From Podarcis muralis (Eukaryota): 64,000 nt of DNA. Below the pieces are notes generated by a model, which ran no database searches, was not told where the DNA came from, and was given only the letters and a program-made list of their open reading frames with translations. Positions 12,756-26,092 of the stretch are shown here, piece by piece (position 1 is the first letter of the stretch; every line of letters starts with the position of its first letter). Position numbers and translations under genes: made by a program. The stretch is taken from positions 74,338,001-74,402,000 of the forward strand of contig NC_135661.1 in NCBI RefSeq assembly GCF_964188315.1, given 5' to 3'.

Positions 12756-15701
12756 ACCCAACATCTCCTCTCTGCTGAGTTTCAAAGGTCAACACTGATA
12801 CCAAGGAGGAAGAAACTGACAGCCATTGCCCCCCTGCTGGTTGTAAGTATAAAGGCAGGAAGGTAGGGGCTCTCTGAAGGCAGAGTGAGGCTTGTGGGGC
12901 TTTGCCTTTACTTGCTGGTGCAAAAGACATGCACCTAGACATCCAAAACCCTGAGCTCAGGAATCTCCAGAAGTGAACATTGCTCACAGTTTCCACATGA
13001 AAATATGCCCCCTCCAAAGCTTTCTTCATTGCAGCAATATAATTTTGGGGTGATATATGTTGTTTTGTTAAACACTGGGAGTTGGAAATCCATGCTGATC
13101 TGTTTGAAATCATCCAGATATCTTCCTTTCAACTCCAATTTTACCTCCTGCTGCAGCTTTAAGCTGTGGCCCTAAGAGAGCTGCAGAAAGCTGCAACTAC
13201 AGCAACAGTTGGGGAACTATTTTCATTTTGAGGGCCGCATTCCCTTCTGGGCAACCTTCCAGGGTCCACATGCCAGTGGTGGGTGGGACCAGAGGTAAAA
13301 GTGGGCAGAGCAACCAATGTCCATTTCACCTTTGTGCAGTAGGCTAGTTTCTGCATGCACTCTCACACAACTTTCCACAATTTCATCTAGATCCCTGTTT
13401 CCCAAACCTGGGTCCCCAGCGGCTTTTGGACTACAACTCCCATCATCCCTAGCTAGCAGGAGCAGCGGTCAGGGGTGATGGGAACTGTAGTCCAAAAACA
13501 GCTGGAAAACTAAGTTTGGGAAACACTAATCTAGATAAACGAGAGGCATTGTCAGAGTTCAAAGACACATAGGAACCAAGCAAAAGTCTTTGTGGAGAGT
13601 GTGAAGGAGGACTTGTGAGTTGGGGTCCAGCTAGGAAGCTGGGTGAGGTGTGGGAAGAGTTCCCAAGGGCCACCTTGGGAGGATTAGAGGGCCGCATTTG
13701 GTCTGTAAGCCTGAGGTTCCTCAGCCCTGGGGCTACAAGATTAGGACAAGAATACCCCCTTCCTACTTACAAAATTCGTTTGATGTCACTCTGTGTTATT
13801 TTTCTGTACTTTTTATTTTTATTTTTTAACTTTTACAAAGCCTTAGGAACAAAGCTGAAGACATGGCCTTGGGAGAGTGGCAATGGTTTATCTCTCACAC
13901 TTTCAAGATTTATTTACATTGCCCACAGCAGCTCTCAAAGCAGCTTACAAAACATTCTCACAAGACAATTGCATCCAAGGAGAGGAGGATGAGCCGAGCT
14001 CACAAGTACAGACAATAAGGCACCTGATTATGTAGTGCACACGGCCTTCCATGTCACATGCTGGCGACGAGGCTGATCACGAATCTTTAAAGCAAATTTC
14101 TCCATCTAGCATATATTTTCACCAAAAGCACAACCAGCTTCTATGCATTGAAAACATGCTACAGCAGCCTTAGTGAACACCGGGTCCGACAAAATAAAGC
14201 AAGGGGCTGGTGCCCATTGGAGCTGATAGGGTGGGCGGCAGGGAGTTCAACAGCAGGGGGCACCAGAGGCAACGACAGGCAGAGCCACAGCTAATGCGAG
14301 GCAGAGCCAACTAATCTAGTTTTGCCTGCCCCATCCACCCCATACAAGAGCAATGCTGAGGTTAATAGGGGAGAGAGCCAATAACGAATCCAACTCCCTT
14401 GGTTGGATGTAAGTAGCAAGGCAGGCAGGTGGGTACTGGCCAAGGGCAGACTATGGTTAGGGGGGCACTGCTTCACTCACACCAATGGAGCAGCCGCCAC
14501 TGAAACAAAGTCCTGCGTAGCGGGGCAAGAGAGCATCAATTTGTGGTATGAGATTTCAGGCGACGGGCAGCTGCATGTCCCAGGTTTTGCCTGTGAAATA
14601 CTGGAGAGCCTGGGCGGGAGATCAACGGGGAGCTTTGGCAGAAGGAGAAGACGAGGAAGACTGGTAGTCCAAAGAAAGAAATCTGAAATGGGAAGGAAAT
14701 TGGGGTTGGGGGTGGGGAAGAGAGGGAGAGGGAATGTAGGCTGGAGAGGAGGAGATCTGAACCCAGTTCATGGTGTTATCACTGGCAACGGTAGATCATT
14801 GCAGTGGTTTTGCAGCATGTGTATTATGTGCTGGTGAGGACTTTAGCAGGGCAAGAGCGGAGGTTGCTCCACGCTCCACAGTGAGGGTCTGCTGTCGTGG
14901 ATCGTGGCACTGTTGCTGAGAGACAGGAGGTGGGTGGGTTTGCAGGATCCCCCCGTTTCCAAGTCTAGTTAGCACTGGTTTATTGGTTTATGTATTCATT
15001 TACTACTGTAAATGTATATCCAATATGATTCATTTTGAAGTTTTGCCATTTTATATTGATTCATTTCTGGTATTCATCAATTCACTTAATTTTTTTTATT
15101 TTGTGTGTGTGTGTATGTGTATATATATACACACACAGTGCTTTTTTCTAAAAAAATGTTTAGGGGTACTCTCATTTTGACTCAAGAATACCACAATTTT
15201 ATAGTTCAAATCGGGGGAAATAAACACAGTAAATGGACAAAAGTACGAAGATTCACAAAATGTTTAGGGGTATGCGTACCCCCAGAAAGTTTCCCCCCTC
15301 TCTCTGTATATATGTGTGTGCGTGTCTATAGATAGATAGATAGTGATAGGAAATGCTGCTCCCCTTTACTGATTCTTTGTTATTGTTGTGAGCTATCGTT
15401 GTTGGGAAAGTGGCATGCAACTGTAAAATCAAATCAAGATGACTATAGGCAATCTCCAGCCATCAGATGTTTCAGTGCATTTGATCCTCAGTGCTGATCA
15501 GTTTTCCTCTTCCTGTTTTGGTCTGGGATCTTTGTGTTATTGTGCAGCTGGATCACACACAGTACCCATCTCTTGATGTGCAAAGCCCCCCCCCCCAATC
15601 TACCAGAAAGAATATTCATATCACTTGATATCACTTCAAATGCAGTCCTATGCAGTTCACATCTTCTGTTGGTCCTTGAGTGAAGTGCATAGACATTTCA
15701 T

Positions 15702-15737
<36 letters not shown>

Positions 15738-15862
15738 ACATCTCTTTTTTCCTTTGGACTGATTCTAAAGGGTATGGCATCAGAGGAGAATTTCTCTGTG
15801 CGTCAGGGTAGGATGGAGAGAAGGGGAGATCTTTTAAGATATGAACGCCGTGTCACACATCT

Positions 15863-16033
15863 TCAAGGGTTTTGTAGCTCATAACTTCTTGCCTTAAACA
15901 TAATCACAGTTAAGATGATATACAGACATATGAATGTGAGCCCCGCCCCGACTGCCAGGTGGGACAAGAGCTGCGCTGTCCGGGAATGCTGCCGAGCGAC
16001 TGTTCCGTTTCCAGCAAGGTTGGCATCGCGAGT
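15863..16033 (-). CDS. D1 coding exon 2 (56 aa + stop; CD225 loop and TM helix)
   Basis: Pyrimidine tract and acceptor tctctcttcttccccag|ACT; TRDANLAGNGTVARQHSRTAQLLSHLAVGAGLTFICLYIILTVIMFKARSYELQNP*, TGA at 15865-15863. It is not called in the ORF track and was found by manual translation. It is colinear with exon 2 of D2-D5. Confidence 0.9.
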   Translation of the reverse strand, partial: TRDANLAGNGTVARQHSRTAQLLSHLAVGAGLTFICLYIILTVIMFKARSYELQNP

Positions 16034-17098
16034 CTGGGGAAGAAGAGAGAAAATCCATGAAAAAAATGCAACTAGAGACCTTGTCCAGAATGCAGGAATG
16101 GCTGGTAGCTAGCAAACAATCCTTTTGTCTCAGGCTGTGAGGCACTAACCAATAGCCAACAAATTATCTTTGTGATTATATGAACTTGCTGTTCCAAAAC
16201 ATATCTTTTGTAATGTTTCCATAAACCTGTAGGCTGGTTTATCGGGTTCCCATATTTCAAAAAGTAAAAACCAGGATAACCCCCCAAATTGTTGAGCCTT
16301 TTAAAGGAAATAAATGTGACTGACTTGCCTAAGGAGAAAGCTCTGTATATCGGAAATCCGCACCCCACCCCACGGGACATCAATTCTGCCTTTGAAATCC
16401 TGGTAATGTCCAAACAACTGGCAGCCCTAGTTTATATGTATTCTTTTAGAATTAGTTAGCTTAATCATAGTTACTGTCTCGATCCATTCAGATTGCAGTA
16501 GCAGATCTGCTTCCCTCACAGTTTTTAGCTGTTATAATCTTAGTAGCAGTTATAAGGTGGAACACTATTTCTTGATCGTTTCCCAGAATAGCATCATTTA
16601 GATAACCAAGCGGGGATGTTTTAGGTTCCAAGGGCATATGATATCCTAACATATCAGAGATGGATATGGACATGCATGGATTTCCAGAATATTTCTATCT
16701 GAGAGCAATTCCAAAAGATATGTATGTGATCTCCTTCATTTAAACTGTTCTCAACATTGTGCTTTCATTGTTGCAATGCATTCCAAGACCTTAGGGTGAA
16801 GGGCACATAATAAAATAAATTATAGTTGTAGACAGTGCTGGATTTACATATAAGCTAAACAAGCTATAGCTTAGGGCCTCACTCTCTTGCCCCCCCCCCC
16901 AAAAAAAATTAAAGAAAACAATAACCTGGATGTACATTTCCAAAATATAAGATAAAAAATAAAAAAATAAAACCTGCATACAGCAACAGTGTTTTGTTTT
17001 GTGTAGACTCCTATGCCTGGCGTGCTCTGGTCCATGGGGTCACGAAGAGTCGGACACGACTAAACGACTAAACAAACAACAAAATGGGCCCCACCTGC

Positions 17099-17708
17099 CA
17101 TAGCTGTCAATTTACAGATTTGAAAATAAGGGACCAGCAGCCTTGAAAATAAGGGACCAGCAGCCAAAATAAGGGACCTGCAGCCTCACCTGTTCCAGGC
17201 ACTCCAGTTTTCCTGTCCTCCTGCAGTCTGGTCAAACTCATGCTGGTAGCTTCGAGAACACTGTCCAACCAACTTTGTAACCAGCGGTTCAACTGAATAG
17301 AATCTGAATCACATGTACCACAAGGCCTATGCAGCCTCAACTTAAGATGGCTCCCCGGCCTGGCCTGGCTTTGCACTGCAAAGTTTGCAGCAGCACATGC
17401 AACAAAATGGCGTCCAGCATTAAAAAAACCCCTCAGCTTGCATTAACTAGCCACACACAAGGCATGCAAGCTCTACCCCCAGTTGTTCTTAGACTTCTTA
17501 TTGGGTGAGCAACACAGCCATCCAACACAGTTGGAGCCTCCCTCCTCCCTGGCCGGCAGGGAGGGAGGGAGAGGAGCTGCTTCCTTTGAAATTTAAGGGA
17601 CATCATTTAAGGGACATTTAAGGGACACCCATCAATAAGGGACAGCAGCGGGACATGGTGCTGGAATAAGGGACTGTCCCTTCAAATAAGGGACACTTGA
17701 CAGCTATG
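17099..17708. mobile_element. Non-autonomous hAT-type element in the D1 intron
   Basis: TIR CATAGCTGTCAA...TTGACAGCTATG; 8-bp TSD CCACCTGC/CCGCCTGC; subterminal AATAAGGGAC repeats. Confidence 0.75.
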
Positions 17709-18393
17709 CCGCCTGCTAGCCTGCTCCCTAAAATATCACTGGTTTGCTCATTTCTATATGTAGGGTGCCTACATTCTGCATGGATTGGTTGCATGGCAAC
17801 ATGTGCAAATGGCTTTAGATACCTATTAGGTCCATAAATTACCATATAGCCTATATTCAATGCAAAAAACAGCAACAATTTGTTGTTGACAAAGGACAGC
17901 TGGACATATAAAGGGCCCCATTACCTTCAGTAGCTTAGGGCCTCATCAAATCTCAATCCGGCCCTGGTAGTAGTAGTAATCACAATCACAATTAATAATA
18001 ATTTGCACCCACCAATAATTTAGGTGAAGAGTCATTGCTCCGTGGCAGTGCATCTGCTTGGCATGCGGAAGGTCCCAGCTCCATTCCCCGGCATTTCCAG
18101 GTAGGGCTGTGATAGAGCTGAAACCCTGGAGAGCCTCTGGCAGTCACTATTGGGAATACTGAGCTGGATAAATGAATGGCCTGACTTGGGACAAGGCAGT
18201 TTCCTGTGTTCCTAACCAGATGTTTTAAGACTGGAACCTAGCAGAGCACAACAAGACTCAGAGCTTGGGCTGTGTGCTCTGACTGAGTCTCAGAACTGGA
18301 CACTCCTTTGGGTTTCTGCAAACACAGTCTGCACACTGATGAGATCTATTCATCAGCAATTTGGACATTATTGACTTATTCAGAGTAACGATG

Positions 18394-18989
18394 TGTTGTA
18401 AACAAAATCTGCCCTTCTTCCCTTATGGGGTATCCAAGAGCTTGTATAGAGTCCTTAAGTGAGTTCCCTATCGGTAGGAGAAAATAACAGAGGCCAACCA
18501 GAGAATATTGAGAAGCAAAGCAGCTAGTAAACCTGATCTTTATTAAAGCTGTTGCAACAGGGTGCTCCCCTCACACGCAGGAGGACCCAGAACAAAGGTG
18601 TGCCTGCTCTTATATATGTATTTTAAATTCCCAGCCCTGGAGCTCAAGACCACCCCTCCATACATCATACCTATATCACAGAAAAGGCGTCTATAACAGG
18701 AATTTGAATGTTGTTTTTTTTCCTGTCTGCCAGGTTATCTGATTGCCTTTCCTGGTAGTCTGCCCATTCCTTTGAGATGGTGATTACCCAATTCCTGAGA
18801 TAATGGAGAGGCTCCCTCACCCCCTCCCTCCTTGCAGAGAAAACATTTGGTCAGTTTGGGAGTCAAAATGGTTTCAGGGCGGTCTTCCTGTTCTGCTCCA
18901 GACATGTGGTCCACATATCTATGTACGTGCTTGGTTGGTACATTCATGAACATTTATTATATATATAAGACCTTAAATTTTTTATTACA
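18394..18989 (-). mobile_element. Solo ERV-type LTR in the D1 intron
   Basis: TG...CA ends; perfect 5-bp TSD CGATG (18389-18393 and 18990-18994); minus-strand AATAAA near 18540; same family as 44473-45104. Confidence 0.88.
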
Positions 18990-20990
18990 CGATGTATGGA
19001 TTATCTAATTAATTAATTCTCCCCCGAGTCTGCTGTGCCTTTTACTCTCCAAGTATGATATCAACCCACTATTCCAGTTGTAAATGGGGTTACTGAGGTT
19101 TGCCAGTTATATAAAAAAAGCTCCTGACTTTGCTTGGCAGGATAATCTGAAGAAGCAACTCCTCCCCCTCCCCCAAGTCACATCAGTTTGAACCGGCTGA
19201 GATTTATGCTGCCACAAACTTGGTTGCACCATCAGCCACAAGCTTATCTGGATTGCCACAATGATCAAACATACCCATCAGTTGTGCAACAGTGCTACTG
19301 CTAGTAATATCAGTCAAGGCGCTATGCTTCTACAACCAGTGTTGATTTACCAGTTCAAACAGGCCATCTGCTATCTGTTTCCAAGGACTATCAAGGTAAG
19401 GGTCTTGCGATTAAAAGTTCCTTCCATTGTGTCGATCTATTTGCTCTGCAGCGCAGCATAGGTTAAGATTTTGTTCTTCCTACCAGTTGCAATACCCAGC
19501 CACTATTCCTTTGAACCCCAGTAGGGCAACACAGACACCCACATATTAAGTGATAATGTTCCACAGTCTGCATTAGGTTATTTGGTGGTGGCAGTAGTAG
19601 TAGTAGTAGCAGCAGCAGCAGCAGTAGTAATACCACACCCATCTAGCTGGGCTGCCCCAGCCTGTTGAATGGTTTCTTTAAATGTAAAGGTTCATCATTG
19701 TTCCACTCGATGTGTATGTCTTTAAGGGGCCAGAGCAAGGGCCAGAGCAAGATAACGAGACCCAGCTTTACAGCTGTGAAACATAGCAGGTGCTGCTGAG
19801 TTGTATTTGATTAAGGTGTGTCAGCATTTGGGTGTAGTATATAAGGAGCAGCCCCTAGCTCTCCCATTACCCTGGGGGTTGGGTTGGTGGTTGGGTCTGG
19901 TTTGTTGTTGATGTATTTAGTGTAAATGGAGTTTTTGTTTTTCTTATTACAACCTTGTTTAAGTTATTTTTGAGTCCCTTTTTAATGCATGGTCTCCCCA
20001 GCAAGCTCTCTGCAGCGCTACTATACTGCAACAGCCAACACAGCCAACACATATAAAAACATAATAAATCACCAAACATTAAAAACCTGCTGATACAAGA
20101 CTCCTTTCAGATGTCTTACAAATCACCTATAACATGATGCTAAGCGGAGAACCAACCAGCCGCTGCTGCAAAGATGGAAGGAAGGGGTGCAATTCTTGTA
20201 ACTGCTTTGAAAGGATGTTCAGGTTGTGCAATGCACAGCAGCTGCAATCCACCACCACTTGGGAAAATGGGCATCTGATTCGGTCAGCTGATTCCCAGCT
20301 GCAGTAAACGATTCCATCCATATCGGCAAAACTCAGGCAAAGCTACCACCCAAAAGAACGCTTAGATGTTAGAATTTAGTGGTGGCCCAGCTTAAACTTG
20401 GAATGAGGCTCTAGTTCATTGCTCTTCAACCTTAGGTGCCCCTATATTGGTGGATTACAGTTCCCATCATCCTTGACCATTGACTAAGCTGGCTGTGGTT
20501 GATGGGAGTTGTAGTCCAACGACATCTGGGGACCCAAGGTTGAAGACTACTGCAGTCTAGTCCACGAAAATGGATGCCACCAACCCATACCCACCTGTTC
20601 ATCTTTAAGTTGCCAGGAGACTCTCTTTCTGATTTCCTGCCTCTCCAGAAGCTACTCTGGAAGAGTAAACATGCACCTTTGCAAGCCTGCTCTGTCTGCA
20701 AACACCACCCACTCTGTGCCTTATAGTGCTTTCGCCTTCATTGACTCCCCAGCCTATAGCACATCACAACAGTCCTTGACATTGTGGGGAAAGGGCTCAT
20801 AGTGAAAGCCACAAGCTTCGACTCTTCCACCCAGAGCGCCAGTTTTGGCCCAACCAGTGCAAGCCCTGAAGTCTCCTAATACACAGTTCTCAAGAGGTAA
20901 AAGTTAAGTGGGGCATGCCATCTCTGCCCCCTTGTATTCTAGCACTGCATAATGCCCTCCCACGCTCACTTTCCCTCTCTTGTTTCTCAC

Positions 20991-21341
20991 CTTTATAGAG
21001 AAAATCAAGGCAGCGATGCCCAGAGGTAGGCAGCAGCACAGCGTGGTGAAGATAGAGTAGCCCAGGTGATCGGGTTCATTGGTAGGCTGAGGAGGCACAA
21101 TGAAGATGGCCTGCGGGGTTTGATCCGAACCTTGGTAGCCTCCTGAATCTGGTGGGCCATAATAAGCTTGGTAAAGAGGTGGCATAGAGGGAGCTGACCC
21201 ATAGCCCGGGGCGGGTGGAGGCTGACCAGGAGGTGCCAGCGGATCAGCCTCTGACTCAAAGGGCTGGTTTTCAGAGAAGGGTGGTGGAGCCTGAGGGTCA
21301 GGCCAGTTGCTGGACTTCTTCTCATAGTTTGGGTCACTCAT
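20991..21341 (-). CDS. D1 CD225/dispanin-family membrane protein, coding exon 1 (117 aa; splices to 16033)
   Basis: ATG at 21341; MSDPNYEKK...EPDHLGYSIFTTLCCCLPLGIAALIFSIK ends at a phase-0 donor AAG|GTGAGA (GT at 20990-20989). The CC(C)xPLGIAA core is the CD225 signature. Confidence 0.93.
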
Positions 21342-21570
21342 TTTGCCAGTCTACTGCCCTCTTTCCCCTCCAGCTCTTCCCAGTTCTCCAAGTACAGTTT
21401 CTCTGCCTTTCTCAGTTCTTCACGTTCCTCCTTGCTGGCCACCCTGACTTGCTGCTGGGTATCTTCTTTTCTTCTCCTCACCTCCTCCAATCCTCTCTGT
21501 GCCTTTTGCCTTCCTCCTCTCGTGGCACCCAACCAATCCCTCTGAATCTTCTCTATGGCTGGACGCTTGC

Positions 21571-21577
21571 CTTATAA
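21571..21577 (-). promoter_or_regulatory. Candidate TATA box of D1
   Basis: TTATAAG on the minus strand about 230 nt upstream of the D1 ATG, followed by a purine-rich leader. The TSS is not verifiable from sequence. Confidence 0.4.
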
Positions 21578-22465
21578 CACTGGTTGGTCTGCCCGTCTGC
21601 TTAATGAACGATTTACTGATTGCCCTGGCTCTCGGACAGGATGACTTCATGGTGTCTCGGAGCCTAGGCGGACGTGTGGGTGGAATAAGGCAGAGAACAA
21701 GCAACCCAGACAGACAGAGAGACAGACTCACGTACTGTGATATGGGTGAAGACTTATTGAAGTAGGGCACTGTGAACGGATGGGCTCCTTCATACATAGA
21801 TACAAACACACTCTTCCCCATTTTACAGCTGAAAATAAGAACAGGAATCTATTCCTTGAGCTCCTTCAGCTGTTTATTGAGCATTCATCCTGATTGGGTT
21901 ATGCAGAGGTTAGTCTATGAGTATTTGTCTTGATTTGTTTGCGGGAAGATTAGACAGCAGTGTGCAGTGATGGTGATTTGCTTGCACAGTGGTTATGCAT
22001 CTCCCCGTTGATCATTTATTCCCTGGGGAAAACCACTCTTTAGGGCTGAAGGAGAGCACACAGCAAATTCAGGTTTTCTTGCATTGACGTTTGCTCTGAT
22101 TTAGCAACTAAGAGGGGGGTTTTGTCTGAAAAGGACGGTGGCAAGGGGGAAGACTGCTCAGAGCTTGCTTTCTAGGCACAGGACAAGTGGAAGCATGGAC
22201 CAACCCCATAGCTAACAGCCAGAGCCAGTCCTGCTAAGTAGCATCACCACCATCTGAAAGAGGGAATTGTGTGGCCACATTGACAACTGAAGATCCATCT
22301 AGGAAGAGGGTGGTGGCGGCTTTCCCCCACCTCAACTGGCTGGAAGTCACATCATCCTAGGAAGAACAATATACTGGTGTTGGGGGCAGGGGCAGATGAA
22401 GGCGGGTGCAGTGGGGGTGGTCTGCACCGGGTGCCTTCACTAAGGGGAGTGCCATTTGGCGCGCT

Positions 22466-22818
22466 TTGTTGTTGTTTAGTCATTTAGTTGTGTTCGACTC
22501 TTTGTGACCCATGGACCAGAGTACGCCAGGTACTCCTGTCTTCCACTGCCTCCCGCAGTTTGGTCAAACTCATGTTCGTAGCTTCGAGAACACTGTCCAA
22601 CCATCTCATCCTCTGTCGTCCCCTTCTCCTTGTGCCCTCCATCTTTCCCAACATCAGGGTCTTTTCCAGGGAGTCTTCTCTTCTCATGAGGTGGCCAAAG
22701 TATTGGAGCCTCAGCTTCAGGATCTGTCCTTCCAGTGAGCACTCAGGGCTGATTTCCTCCAGAATAGATAGGTTTGATCTTCTTGCAGTCCATGGGACTC
22801 TCAAGAGTCTCCTCCAGC
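22466..22818 (-). mobile_element. 5'-truncated Bov-B 3' fragment
   Basis: Translates to WRRLLRVPWTARRS...LEATNMSLTKLREAVEDR, matching the Bov-B C-terminus, with an (AAC)n tail. Shorter Bov-B scraps lie at about 17010-17085 (+) and 17210-17280 (-). Confidence 0.9.
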
Positions 22819-25278
22819 TGTCTGCCCGCATTTCCCAAGCCTACCTTGAGCCGTTGGAGGTGGGGGGTGGGGGAGCTGTGCTGCTTTGCCGGCGGCATTT
22901 TCGCCTTCCTCCTTCGTTTGGGAGTTGCGGGTGGGTGGCGCGCTGAATGTTCACCATTGGCGGCTCGCTCTGCCCCCGGCTGCAGGGTGCGCACGCCACT
23001 CCATGCATCCGAGCGGCTCTCCTGCCCCTGGGAGGGCACCCTCTGCCCCCAGCACCCCTCGGGAGTGCGCCCACCCTAGGCAGTGTGGGCATATGCTCTG
23101 CCGCTGGTTGGGGGTTAGTTTCAGGAGTGAGTTGGGCTGATGCTGGGAACTGAAAGCAGACACAGAGGTGCTTGGCCTTGTCTGTAGGCTGAATCCTAAA
23201 GTGGTAGCCTGGGGTGCGGGGTTCCATGGAAAGTGAATGGGGTGGCAAGGCCCATTGGAGTATTAATGCTGTGAGCCCTACACACACACACACGACTCAA
23301 TAAAACCATATATCCTAAAGACACCACAGTCTCCACTGACTGTCATTCCAAGGAAACCAAACCCGGGGGAAAGTGCTTGGAATTCCTGGAATCTCTCACC
23401 ACTTGGAGACTGGGGTGCATGCAACATCCCTGACAGTCTGAGGAGGCCACCAGGTCCCCTTTCAGAGCCTCTGTTTATTCCTGATCATTAGATGTTTCTT
23501 AAACCTCTCCAGCATTTCCTGTATTACCGTAATTGACTCTGCAATAGAAAACACCGAGAGGACAATCCTTTGGATTAAGCATCTAATGGGATTCAGATTT
23601 CAAACGTATGCCTAAGGCAGCCAAATACAGGTTGTGGCCAAACAGAAGAACATAGCATAATAATATACGTAAGAATTATACATAAGATTAAAAATCTTGC
23701 CCTATGCAATACATAAAACAAGCCTGGAAGGGGAATCAAGGCAACAAATATGATCAGCGTTCTCTGTTGTGCTTGCAAACGGCAAATAATATGTAATTGA
23801 TTACGTTTCCCCCACCCCTCCATTTTCATGGTGTTTTCTTTTGAAACAAATGGGGTGGAATCCAGCCAAAAACCACATTAACCTTCCAAGCCGCATTGCG
23901 CTGCTGACTCATGGGCATTTAATTTTTTTCTTGATACCTAAATGCATTGGTCTCTGATGAATTTCATTTTAGTTTCTGCCCAGTTTCCCACTCCATCTAG
24001 GCCATTTGGGATATTATTCCTGTCTTGCTAGCTAGCCCTCCCAGGTATGTCTCACCTGTGCATTTGACACAAAGTACCTCCATCCCTTCATTTAAACCAG
24101 GGCTAGGGGAGCTGTGGTTCTCCAGATGCTGCTCCCATCAGACCCATGGAATTGACAAATTCAGATCTGGGCCACAATACTGGGGAAGGGAAGGGAAGGG
24201 GGGGATTAACCCTTTGTTCCCTGCACCATTGTCCTGATCTGAGTTTTCCTCCTTGAGCTGCAGAGCAGATGGTTCAATGTGAACCCACCACTGCTATAGT
24301 GTCAGACACATATTGCAAAATATACTCACAAACCCCAGCACCACTACTAGTCTGGAGGGGTTCCCTGAGTTGTTAGAACTGGGTTAGCATATGGTAGAGG
24401 CAAGTCTTCCCTTGTTGGCAGTGAAAAATAACAGCATCAACAAAATGAAAGCAAAGCAAAGAGAGTCGAGCTGTTCAGCTGGTGCAGAATTGGAAATTTA
24501 CTGGAGCAAATAAAAATGCATTGCACATCTCAGTATGCATCTTGGAGCCAAACTAGACATTTCTTTAATTGAATGGTTTGCAGTCATGTCTGGTTTTTTA
24601 AAAAAATTAAAAATAATAATACAGGGCCTGGGGACAATATCAAGGGTGACAGCAGCATGTAGGCAGGAATGGAAGAGGTTGAGCTCTTCCCTTCCCAGGT
24701 GTGACCCTGGTGATATTTTGCATTAGGAGAGAGAAAAAAGAAACTTCTAGCTTTAATTTCACTCTCTCTTGACATTTCATGGTGATGAGACTGCGGACAG
24801 TGATTGGCTGAAGCTTCTCCAATGATCACAAAGGGTCAGGGCACACCTGGAGAAGAGGATAGCCATCTTCAAGTGTCTGAAGGACTGTCATATGGAAAAC
24901 ACAGCAAGATTGTTTTCTGCTCCTCCAGAGGATTCAAATTGCAAGAAAGGATTGAAGTTATAAGAAAGGAGATTCTGACTAAACATTAGGAAGACCTTTC
25001 TGACAGTAAGAGCTGTTTGACAGTGGACTATCTTGGAAGGTGGTGGATTCTCCTTCATTGGAGGTTTTCAGACAGAGGTTAGGTCAGGATCGTTTAACTG
25101 TGGTTCCTGACCTTTGGTCAGCTTTACAATTCTGTTTCCCCTAAAGTTGCCTCAAAGACTGTTTTGAAGTTCTCACATTCTACTGCTGTTCATCAAACCT
25201 CAGGGTTCCATCCTCCCCTCATGCTTTTTAACATCCACATGCAGCCGCTGGGAGAGATCATCAGGGGGTTTGGGCTGG

Positions 25279-26092
25279 GTGTCCATCAATATGCAGATTG
25301 AGTGAAGGCGGTGAAGGTCCTGTGTGAGTGTCTGGAGGTGGTTGGAGGATGGATGGCAGCTAACAGATTGAGGTTGAATCCTGACAAGACAGAAGTACTG
25401 TTTTTGGGGGACAGGGGGTGGGTGCAGGTGCAGGACTCCCTGGTCCTGAATGGGGTAAATGTGCCCCTGAAGGACCAGGTGTGCAGCTTGGGAGTCACTT
25501 TGGACTCACAACTGTCCATGGAGGCGCAGGTCAATTCTGTGTCCAGGGCAGCTGTCTATCCCCTCCATCCAGTACGCAGGCTGAGACCCTACCTGCCCGC
25601 AGACTGTCTCGCCAGAGTGGTGCATGCTCTAGTTATCTCCCGCTTGGACTACTGCAATGTGCTCTACGTGGGGCTACCTTTGAAGGTGACCCGGAAACTA
25701 CAATTAATCCAGAATGTGGCAGCTAGACTAGTGACTGGGAGCGGTTGCCAAGATCACTTAACACCAGTCTTGAAAGACCTACATTGGCTCCCAGTACGTT
25801 TCTGAGCACAATTCAAAGCCCAATATACCTGAAGGAGTGTTTCACCCCCATCGTTCAGCCTGGATAATGTCCAGCTCTGAAGGCCTTCTGGCGGTTCCCT
25901 CACTACAAGAAGCCAAGTTACAGGGAACCAGGCAGAGGGCCTTCCCAGTAGTGGTGCCTGCCCCGTGGAACGCCCTCCCACCAGATGTCAAAGAGAAAAA
26001 CAACTACCAGACTTTTAGAAGACACCTGAAGGCAGCCCTGTTTAGGGAAGTTTTAAATGACTGATGTTTTAATGTATTTTTAATGTCTTGTT
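25279..26092 (+). mobile_element. L2-clade LINE 3' fragment, split by Bov-B (resumes 29308-29375)
   Basis: LDYCNVLYVGLP...QNVAARL...LHWLP and RAFPVVVPAPWNALP motifs. The 3' end CAGGGTGGCTGGGGAAACTCAGCCAGATGGGCGG lies after the Bov-B. Confidence 0.88.

Noticed and set aside
21338-21532. Upstream ORF whose stop overlaps the D1 ATG
   Set aside because: Non-ATG start; a by-product of the purine-rich 5' leader.
24584-24760. Possible further degenerate exon 2 after a pyrimidine tract
   Set aside because: No AG acceptor, and no frame aligns convincingly to the TREAN..G..A...S motif.
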